From Gammaproteobacteria bacterium (GTDB lineage: Bacteria > Pseudomonadota > Gammaproteobacteria > Eutrophobiales > Eutrophobiaceae): a DNA stretch of 64,000 bases. The translations under genes and the position numbers were made by a program. Positions 10,080 to 17,658 of this stretch are shown in pieces (position 1 is the stretch's first letter; each line of letters opens with the position of its first letter). Below the pieces are notes generated by a model that saw nothing but the letters and a program-made list of their open reading frames with translations, was not told the DNA's origin and did not search any database. The stretch spans positions 1,536,001 through 1,600,000 of the forward strand of contig OZ220696.1 of NCBI GenBank assembly GCA_965116495.1. Reading direction: 5' to 3'.

Positions 10080-10575
10080 TCAGTAATTTACCGTCACTAT
10101 CCCGGCGGGTATTTGCATTCCCCGCACTTCCCAGATAATAACTAACACTTTCTCTCTCTGGCGGCCATTGTTTGAATTGTTTCCATGCGTTGAGCCCATG
10201 GATATATATCTCAGCCTGAGGTCGTTGTAGCGCGTCGTTTTCCTTGCCCTTTATCCAGAAGTCAAACCAGTCTGTATATACGGAGAGATAATCGTATCGC
10301 GCATCGCCAATGGGACGTTCACCATTGATCGTCTGTTCGGATTCCCTGCCCATGCTGCAATGGTCCAGACCTGAAATAATTGTCTTCTGGTCAGCATCGA
10401 CATCGGCTTCACCCGCGCGGGAAACAACATGTTCAAAGGTGGCCATATTGGCATCAAGACCGATACCATGAACCTGGAACACCCATAGCGCAGGCACACC
10501 AAAGGGATCGCCTTCATTATAGAAATTCTCCTCTGCCCAGCGTGGGTCATTGGGGTACCGCTGCTGACTAAAATA
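10080..10575 (-). pseudogene. Internal fragment of a second CocE/NonD hydrolase
   Basis: GERPIGDARYDY..WFDFWIKG..NAWKQFKQWPP..YYLGSAGNANT..DGKL; no N-terminal catalytic Ser region and no real start; boundaries approximate. Confidence 0.75.
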
Positions 10576-10595
10576 AGTGTTATTTTGGAATGGTC

Positions 10596-10623
10596 TTGAC
10601 CAAAATAAAATCTTATTTATAAT
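10596..10623 (+). promoter_or_regulatory. Sigma70 promoter, probably leaderless
   Basis: TTGACC-16 bp-TATAAT, then 6 nt to ATG 10630; no SD sequence. Confidence 0.7.
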
Positions 10624-10629
10624 AGTCGA

Positions 10630-11751
10630 ATGCGATACTTGCTGCCCAAGCTGCAAAAAGACCTGGAAAAGAAAATGGTCATACTGGCCGGCCCGCGCCA
10701 GTGCGGCAAGACGACCCTGGCCAAATCATTGCTGGATAAAGACGGTGAATACCTCAACTGGGACATCGTTAAAGACCGCAGGATTATCCGGGACATTGCC
10801 TGGCCCAAGGATGCCTCCCTGGTGGTGCTGGATGAATTGCATAAGGCCCCCAAGTGGAAAAACCTGCTGAAAGGCGTGGCGGACGAATTCGGCAACAACC
10901 CGCCCGTGCTCGTCACCGGCAGTGCCCGTCTTGACAGCTTCCGCAGAACCGGTGACGCTTTGACCGGCAGGCACTACTTTTATCGGCTGCACCCCATCGA
11001 CGTCGCCGAATCGAAACGCTTCCTGCCCAAGCTTGATCTCGCTGATCGCGTACAGCGATTGCTGCAAACCGGAGGATTTCCCGAGGCCTTTCTCAACCCG
11101 AGTGAAGCTGCCCGGTTGCTCAATGACCGCCTGGAACTGGTCGTCAAGGAAGATAGCCGCGACCTGTCCCGGATCAGTTCCTGGCGCGGCGCTGCCGACC
11201 TGGTGGAACTGCTGCGCGAATGCGTGGGGAAACCGGTCAAGTACGACAGTCTTGCCCGGGATTTGAGGATATCACCACCAACGGTCAGAAGTTGGATTGA
11301 ACTGTTGGAGAAACTTTATATCGTTTTTTTGCTGCCGCCATATTCAAGCCGTCTTTCCCGCAGTATTCGTAAGGAAAAACGGGTGTTCTTTTTCGATTGC
11401 GCCGCGGCTTATGATGAGACACAGGGCGCACAACTGGAAAACCTGGTCGCCTGCTGCCTGTTGAAGCACATCCAGTTCAGAAAAGACACCACCGGGGAAA
11501 ACTGGGATTTATTCTATTTACGGGATAAGGAAAAACGGGAAGTGGATTTCGTCGTCACGCTCAACCGGCGGGTGTATTGGCTTATTGAGGTTAAAAAATC
11601 GGATGACAGCATCAGCAACAGCCTCAGGTATTACACAGACAGGCTGCAGCCGGAAGAATCCATACAACTTGTATTACAACTCGACCGCGCCCGGGAAAAG
11701 TACGGGATTAAGACTTTGCCTCTCGGAAAGTGGTTGGAGAGTGTTGGTTAA
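10630..11751 (+). CDS. AAA+ ATPase with DUF4143 domain
   Basis: Walker A GPRQCGKT, Walker B VVLDE, VTGS, GGFPE, C-terminal REVDF..IEVK. Confidence 0.9.
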   Translation: MRYLLPKLQKDLEKKMVILAGPRQCGKTTLAKSLLDKDGEYLNWDIVKDRRIIRDIAWPKDASLVVLDELHKAPKWKNLLKGVADEFGNNPPVLVTGSARLDSFRRTGDALTGRHYFYRLHPIDVAESKRFLPKLDLADRVQRLLQTGGFPEAFLNPSEAARLLNDRLELVVKEDSRDLSRISSWRGAADLVELLRECVGKPVKYDSLARDLRISPPTVRSWIELLEKLYIVFLLPPYSSRLSRSIRKEKRVFFFDCAAAYDETQGAQLENLVACCLLKHIQFRKDTTGENWDLFYLRDKEKREVDFVVTLNRRVYWLIEVKKSDDSISNSLRYYTDRLQPEESIQLVLQLDRAREKYGIKTLPLGKWLESVG

Positions 11752-11755
11752 TGCC

Positions 11756-12220
11756 TCAACTTCGAACGGCGATACATTCAACTTCCACCTGCGCGCCGAT
11801 AGCGAGTCCGTTGGCGCCGAACGCGCTCCTGGCCGGGTAGCGCTCATCAAACCAGGTTTTGTAGACCTCGTTGAACGTTGCCCATTGGGATATATCCGCC
11901 AGCATGACCAGGCACTTGACGAGGTCGTTCATGGAATAGCCGTGCGCTTCCAGGCTCGTTTTGATGTTCTCCATTGTCTGCCGTGTCTCTCCTTCCAGCC
12001 CCCCGGGCGCGAGATTCATGGTGCCGGGGACAATGCCGACCTGGCCGGACAGGTATAGCGTGTCGCCCACACGCACTGCTTCGGACAGGGGGAGGCCGGC
12101 GGGGAAAACCTTGCCGGAATTGAGATACTCTGCAGAAGCTGCGTCATCAGCCGATAGCGGCGCAGCTATACTGCTTATAATAACCGCACAAATAATCAAT
12201 ATATTGCTTGTTTTACTCAT
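11756..12220 (-). CDS. RidA/YjgF family protein with signal peptide
   Basis: LSEAVRVGDTLYLSGQVG..FNEVY..PARSA..VEVEC. Confidence 0.9.
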   Translation of the reverse strand: MSKTSNILIICAVIISSIAAPLSADDAASAEYLNSGKVFPAGLPLSEAVRVGDTLYLSGQVGIVPGTMNLAPGGLEGETRQTMENIKTSLEAHGYSMNDLVKCLVMLADISQWATFNEVYKTWFDERYPARSAFGANGLAIGAQVEVECIAVRS

Positions 12221-12253
12221 GTTTGTTGCTCACTTGTTTGAATTTGGGTTTTT

Positions 12254-12340
12254 TTACTCTGTGCCGGCATGAATCACATAACTCTCAGCAAAGGCAGCAG
12301 TGCTCAGTAATAGCACAACAACGGTAAGTAAGTGTTTCAT
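12254..12340 (-). pseudogene. N-terminal stub of a secreted protein, probably an amidohydrolase
   Basis: MKHLLTVVVLLLSTAAFA-ESYVIHAGTE*: signal peptide plus VIHAG strand, GGAG RBS, truncated after 28 aa. Confidence 0.55.
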
Positions 12341-12361
12341 TAAATTCGCTCCGTTATTTCC

Positions 12362-12385
12362 GGGGACAGAATTAATTCTGTCCCC
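12362..12385. repeat. GGGGACAGA-type perfect palindrome
   Basis: GGGGACAGAATTAATTCTGTCCCC. Confidence 0.85.
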
Positions 12386-12452
12386 AATGATGTGGGTTAT
12401 ATGCTACCGGGGTGAACTGAGCCCTGATCATGAGGTTTTGCTCCGTTATGTA

Positions 12453-13643
12453 TTAATGATGTATATCACAAACAGGCAATTCCGGCAGCGATTCTCCGGC
12501 CTCACCGTTCGCGGCAAGCATCTTGCGTGCAATCAGTTGCTGGAACTGCAGGGTTGATTGCTCCTGTGCCGGCGCAAACACGCCGCCGCTGAATGCCTCC
12601 GATCCCCTGCCATGCTGGGCCAGTTCACAGATGCCGATGTCCTCGCTGTTGACCTGGGCAAGCAGGTCCATGAGTTTCTGCCGTTCAGACTGCAGGTCCG
12701 GACTTGTGGCGTCTTCACCGATGAGAAACATTTCGATGCGTTCGGCTGTCCGGCCCGGCGACTCCGGTATGAGGATATTGGCAAACATGAAGTCGGACAT
12801 GGTTATCAGGATAAGATTGGTGGGTACATACATGGATTCACCCATACCCTGTTCATCCTCTTTCAAGGCGGGAAAGCTTTTGAACCTACCGGCATAGACA
12901 TCGTCCGGGTTGTTTGCTTTTACACCTTGACCTATATAGTGATCCGCTCCCAGTATCTGGTAGTGCTCGCCCATGGGATTGAACGCATTCATGGAGGGGT
13001 GGACCCACGGCAGGTGATAGCTCTCCACGAAATTCTCCACAATCAGTTTCCAGTTGGCGTTGACGACCGGCCGCTGCCCCAGGTCCGGCACGTGCCCAAG
13101 CAATGACAGGTCAATCCGCCTCCAGCGTTCGGTCAGGGGTTGCAGGTGTTGTTCCAGGCCGGCTGCATCACTAGACAGGTTAACGAATACGAGGCCCGCC
13201 CAGGTCGATGAGCGCACTTCCTTCAACCCCAGCCGGCTTTTATCAATATCATCGCACTCATGGACGTCTACCCCGCCGGCATGGGGTGTCTGTTTCAATT
13301 GCCCGTCGAGTCCGTAGGCCCAGGCATGGTAGGGGCAGACGATGGTGGCACATTTGCGCGCATCGCTGATGAGTTGCGTGCCGCGATGGCTGCACACGTT
13401 GTGAAACACGCGCAACGCGGCATCGCGCCCGCGCACGATAAGCAACGGCTGGCCCAGAATGGTCACCGGGTAGACGTCGCCCGGTTCTTGCGCGTCATCG
13501 GCAAGACCGATACAGAGCCAGGAGTTGCGGAAGAAGTACTCTTTTTCGAATGCCAGCACCTCATTTGAAGTAAAAAACCAGCCGGGCATGCCCTCGCCGT
13601 CAAACAGCGTTTCCCTGAGTCGATCAGTTACTTTGCGGAGCAC
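12453..13643 (-). CDS. Rieske non-heme iron oxygenase alpha subunit (choline monooxygenase / betaine demethylase-like)
   Basis: CSHRG..CPYHAW Rieske ligands; ENFVESYHLPWVH mononuclear Fe site. Confidence 0.9.
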   Translation of the reverse strand: MLRKVTDRLRETLFDGEGMPGWFFTSNEVLAFEKEYFFRNSWLCIGLADDAQEPGDVYPVTILGQPLLIVRGRDAALRVFHNVCSHRGTQLISDARKCATIVCPYHAWAYGLDGQLKQTPHAGGVDVHECDDIDKSRLGLKEVRSSTWAGLVFVNLSSDAAGLEQHLQPLTERWRRIDLSLLGHVPDLGQRPVVNANWKLIVENFVESYHLPWVHPSMNAFNPMGEHYQILGADHYIGQGVKANNPDDVYAGRFKSFPALKEDEQGMGESMYVPTNLILITMSDFMFANILIPESPGRTAERIEMFLIGEDATSPDLQSERQKLMDLLAQVNSEDIGICELAQHGRGSEAFSGGVFAPAQEQSTLQFQQLIARKMLAANGEAGESLPELPVCDIHH

Positions 13644-13647
13644 GGCC

Positions 13648-16068
13648 TCATTTCCTCAGTTTCTCTCCGCCGGGGTCGTAGGCCGGGACATCCAGCACTG
13701 ATGCGCGCCGGCGTTCTCCCAGAATCGATACTTCCAGCTCTTTTTGCTCCATGTGTTCGGCATACAGGTAACCCATGGCCAGGCTTTTCCCTGTCGTGTG
13801 CCCGTACCCGCCTGATGTGGTATAGCCGGCGACCTTGTCAGCGACCCAGAGCGGTTCAAAACCACCGGCTTCGGTTTTTTCGGTGTCTATTTCCAACGTC
13901 ACCAGTTTCTGTGCCGGGTCCGTATCCCGGTCCCGCAGCGCCGCAGTGCGACCGATAAATCCCGGTTTGTCGTAATCGACAAACCCGTCCAGTCCGCAGG
14001 CAACCGGTGTATAGTCGGGGCTGAACTCACGGGACCAGATACCGTAGGATTTTTCCAGGCGCAGGGACAGCAGCGCATAAATGCCGTAGGTGCGAAGTTC
14101 ACAACCCATATCCTGTGCCGCGGATTTTAATTTGCCGTACACGGGCGTCAGGTCTTCCGGCCGCAGGTACAGTTCATAACCCATTTCACCTGTAAGGGAG
14201 ATGCGTCCGACCAGGGCATTACATCCTCCAACCTGCATCTCCTGCATTGCCAGAAAGCCAAATTCCCTGTTATTCACCGATGATTCGGTCACTGCCTGCA
14301 CAATCTCCCGGGCGTTCGGACCGGAGACTGCCAGACCGGCGCGCGTATCCGTCAGGTCCTCGATGCTTACCTTCTCCTTGTTGAGATGGTCATGAAACCA
14401 GCGCAGGTGAAAGCGCTGCAGGTAACCGGAACCGAACAGGCAGAAGCGATCTTCAGCGGGGCGCCAAACGGTCAGGTCGCCCATCAGGCGGCCGTTCTGC
14501 GCCAGCATAGGCGCCAGGCGGATGCGCCCGGGCTCCGGCAGTCCGGATGCGAGAAGACGGTCCAGCCAGGCTTCAGCGCCGGCGCCGGAGACCTCGTACT
14601 TGCCGTAGCCGGAGATATCCAGGATTCCCGCCGAGGCCCGTACGGCGCGGCATTCCTCTCCCACCGTCGGGAAGGCATTGGAACGATGGAAGCCGGGCGT
14701 TTCAACGGGTGCTTCCTGCTCAGGTGCGAAGAACATGGGCAGTTCAAGACCGTCGCTGACTCCGAACACGGCGTTGTCCTGTCGAAACGTATCATGGAGG
14801 GGCGTGGTCCGTGCCGGGCGTCCGGCCGGCCAGAATTCGTTGGGATACGTCATACGCATGCGCCGTTCGTAGAATTCGCCGGCCCTGGCCCGGGTATAGA
14901 CCTTGTCCGCGTAAGCGCCGAAACGGGCAATGTCCATGCCGAACACGTCCCCGTCCGGCTGGCCGTCGATCAGCCACTGGGCCAGCGTGAGGCCGATACC
15001 GCCGCCCTGGGCAAAACCGGCCATGACCCCGCAGGCGACCCAGTAGTTATCAATTCCAGGTACCGGGCCCACCAGGGGATTGCCGTCCGGCGAGAATGTA
15101 AAAGGGCCGTTGACCACCCGCTTGATACCGGCGTCGGCAACCTCGGGAAAGCGGGCGAAACCTTTTTCCAGCGCACCGTACAGCCGCTCAATATTTTCCG
15201 GCAACAAATCATTTTCGCCGAACTCCCACGGGGTCCCGTCCACTGCCCATGGAGTTGCCGGCGTTTCGTACACGCCCAGCAGGACGCCATTTTGCTCCTG
15301 GCGCAGGTATATCTCGCCGTCCAGGTCCACGATGGTGGGTAATTCCCGGGAGCGATCCTGTAAGCCGGGCAAGCCGCCGCTGATCAGGTAGTGATGTTCA
15401 AATGGTAATAACGGCAACTGCACACCTGCCATCTCGCCCACTTCCCGCGCCCACAGGCCCGCGGCGTTGACCACGTGTTCCGCCGTGATGTTGCCCTTGT
15501 CGGTAATGACCTCCCAGCCGCCGTCCCGTAGCGGTTTTAAGGCATCCACCCTGGTATGCCGGTAGACGGCGGCGCCCTGCTGCCTGGCAGCTTTTGCATA
15601 GCCATGGGTAATCCGGTAGGGGTCGATATGACCCTCGTCGGCCATGTAGATGCCGCCTTTCAGTCCTGTCACGTCGACGATGGGGCAGAGTTCGCGTATT
15701 TCCGCAGGACCGATGAGCTCCGATTCTATGCCCATGAACCTGTGCCGCGCGGCCTCGTTTTTCAGAAAGTCCCACCAGGCATCGGTAGCGGCAAGATTGA
15801 TGCCGCCGGTCAGGCGTATGCCGACCGGCTCACCTGTGATCTTTTCGATTTCGTGGTACAGGTCGATGGTGTATTTCTGCAGGCGGGCAACATTCGGATC
15901 ACCGTTGAGGGTATGGAACCCCCCGGCAGCATGCCAGGTGGACCCGGCGGTCAATTCCTTGCGTTCCAGCAGGACCACGTCCTGCCAGCCCAGCCTGGCA
16001 AGGTGGTACAGAATACTGCAGCCGACGACGCCGCCGCCGATCACAACGACCCTGGAATGTGTCTTCAC
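13648..16068 (-). CDS. Dimethylglycine/sarcosine dehydrogenase-like FAD-dependent GcvT-family protein
   Basis: GGGVVG FAD motif, LTAGSTWHAAG flavinylation motif, GPFTFSPDG, GcvT C-terminal domain (SLRLEKSY, TSGGYGH). Confidence 0.92.
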   Translation of the reverse strand: MKTHSRVVVIGGGVVGCSILYHLARLGWQDVVLLERKELTAGSTWHAAGGFHTLNGDPNVARLQKYTIDLYHEIEKITGEPVGIRLTGGINLAATDAWWDFLKNEAARHRFMGIESELIGPAEIRELCPIVDVTGLKGGIYMADEGHIDPYRITHGYAKAARQQGAAVYRHTRVDALKPLRDGGWEVITDKGNITAEHVVNAAGLWAREVGEMAGVQLPLLPFEHHYLISGGLPGLQDRSRELPTIVDLDGEIYLRQEQNGVLLGVYETPATPWAVDGTPWEFGENDLLPENIERLYGALEKGFARFPEVADAGIKRVVNGPFTFSPDGNPLVGPVPGIDNYWVACGVMAGFAQGGGIGLTLAQWLIDGQPDGDVFGMDIARFGAYADKVYTRARAGEFYERRMRMTYPNEFWPAGRPARTTPLHDTFRQDNAVFGVSDGLELPMFFAPEQEAPVETPGFHRSNAFPTVGEECRAVRASAGILDISGYGKYEVSGAGAEAWLDRLLASGLPEPGRIRLAPMLAQNGRLMGDLTVWRPAEDRFCLFGSGYLQRFHLRWFHDHLNKEKVSIEDLTDTRAGLAVSGPNAREIVQAVTESSVNNREFGFLAMQEMQVGGCNALVGRISLTGEMGYELYLRPEDLTPVYGKLKSAAQDMGCELRTYGIYALLSLRLEKSYGIWSREFSPDYTPVACGLDGFVDYDKPGFIGRTAALRDRDTDPAQKLVTLEIDTEKTEAGGFEPLWVADKVAGYTTSGGYGHTTGKSLAMGYLYAEHMEQKELEVSILGERRRASVLDVPAYDPGGEKLRK

Positions 16069-16192
16069 GCCTGTTCTTTCTTCTTATGCTTTCAGCAGGA
16101 TGAGCAGAATATTGCAACGATGCGCCGGAAAAATAGTGAAGCCGTTTTGTTTTTTTGGAGGATAGGTGTTGCGATATTCGCCGTGACAACAA

Positions 16193-17311
16193 CTATACAA
16201 GGTTTTTCAGAAATCCGATGCCAGGAGACACACGTACGCCGGTGTCACTGATATAATCTTTCTTTCCCACCGCGGATAACTGCCAGGCTTGTGCTTCCGG
16301 GAATTTCGCTTTCAGGTATCGGAGGCTGCGGTCTATATCTCTGTCCATCCATTTACATTCAATGAGCATTATGGGCTGACGGCGCTCAGTGACAACAAAG
16401 TCAACCTCACGACCATCGGTATCCCTGAAATAATTCAGATCGTAATCTAGCCCTTCGACGTCCTGCCGGTAGTGTACCCATTTCAGTAAATGGCACGCGA
16501 CAAGGTTCTCAAAACGGGAGGCGTCGTCTCCAATTACTGACCAGTCAAAATGATAATGTTTACGTTCTTTTTTCACTGCCCTGATTTTTGGACTGCCAAT
16601 GGGGGCTAACCGAAAAATGGCGTAAAGCCTTTCCATGATATCCAGCCATGATGATGCGGTTTTATGGCTGATTTGCAAATCTTCACGAATGGCATTGATG
16701 GATAAGGGCGAACCTACCAATTCGGGTAAACGCAACATCAATAGTTCCAGTTGTCCCAGATCCTGCACCCGCTCAAGTGATACGACCTCTTCACTGATCA
16801 GACGTGTACGATGTTCACGAGACCAGCGTCGCGCTTCAGTCTTGCTGCCGCTCAGGAACGGTTCAGGAAAGCCACCCAGAGACGATAATTCCAATAGCTG
16901 CTGACTTGATTCAAGACCCAACTCCGAAACAGTAAATGGATGTAACCGCAACAGATGATATCGTCCCTGCAGGGAATCTCCGCTAAAGCGATAATAATCA
17001 AGACGACCGCTTCCCGTCACCAGTATCTGTTGTCCGGAACAACGCTGGTCATAAAGACCCTTTAAATAATTGCGCCACTGTCGATATTTATGGATTTCGT
17101 CGAAGATCCATAAATTTGATGCGGGTAATTCTCGTTTAAGTATCTGTTCGCGGTGTTCAGCCACATCCCAGTTAAGATAACCTGTGCCTGCCCCCGGTAA
17201 ACCCTGAGATAAGGTGGTTTTACCGACCTGACGGGGACCGGCCACGAATACCATCTTTTTTTCGAGATCCTGTTTTATCTGTCCAGTCAAATAACGTGGG
17301 ATCGTACTCAT
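16193..17311 (-). CDS. AAA+ ATPase with DUF4143 domain
   Basis: GPRQVGKT, FDEIHK, VTGSGRLD, GGFPEPF, REVDF..IECK. Confidence 0.9.
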   Translation of the reverse strand: MSTIPRYLTGQIKQDLEKKMVFVAGPRQVGKTTLSQGLPGAGTGYLNWDVAEHREQILKRELPASNLWIFDEIHKYRQWRNYLKGLYDQRCSGQQILVTGSGRLDYYRFSGDSLQGRYHLLRLHPFTVSELGLESSQQLLELSSLGGFPEPFLSGSKTEARRWSREHRTRLISEEVVSLERVQDLGQLELLMLRLPELVGSPLSINAIREDLQISHKTASSWLDIMERLYAIFRLAPIGSPKIRAVKKERKHYHFDWSVIGDDASRFENLVACHLLKWVHYRQDVEGLDYDLNYFRDTDGREVDFVVTERRQPIMLIECKWMDRDIDRSLRYLKAKFPEAQAWQLSAVGKKDYISDTGVRVSPGIGFLKNLV

Positions 17312-17317
17312 CAGGCA

Positions 17318-17346
17318 ATTTTACTGATATTTTCTCCTATAGTCAA
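17318..17346 (-). promoter_or_regulatory. Sigma70 promoter, probably leaderless
   Basis: Minus strand TTGACT-17 bp-TAAAAT, then 6 nt to ATG 17311. Confidence 0.7.
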
Positions 17347-17439
17347 AAATACTCACGGCTATTTTCTACTAATATCAGGGCAACCGCATACTTTTATATG
17401 TTTTCTTGAAAAACAGCAATCCAACCCGGAAACCCGGCG

Positions 17440-17548
17440 CGTCATTCCTGCGGAAGTTTAACCCTGCGAAGGCAGGGACCAGAATCCAGTAAGTAAACCG
17501 GTCTTTTATCGTTTTTTCGACTGGATTCCCGCTTGCGCGGGAATGACG
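17440..17548. repeat. CGTC-type REP dimer with nested palindrome
   Basis: CGTCATTCCTGCGGA..CCCTGCGAAGGCAGGG..GAATCCAGT ... CTGGATTCCCGCTTGCGCGGGAATGACG. Confidence 0.85.
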
Positions 17549-17658
17549 TTGGGCTGTTTTTCGGTTGTATTTCTGAATATTCAAAAGTATGCGGCTGCCC
17601 TGTATTACCCCCGGCATTCATGGCTGTGGCTGCAGTATCCGGATAGCCTGTCTCCAGT

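Noticed and set aside
9940-10656. 238-aa ORF as an intact gene
   Set aside because: Its ends overlap the TonB receptor and ATPase genes; only the middle looks like CocE sequence.
14386-16251. Long plus-strand ORFs (318 aa, 231 aa)
   Set aside because: Antisense shadows of the GcvT-family gene with no recognisable motifs.
17375-17617. 80-aa ORF
   Set aside because: Translation of the REP dimer (RHSRASGNP).
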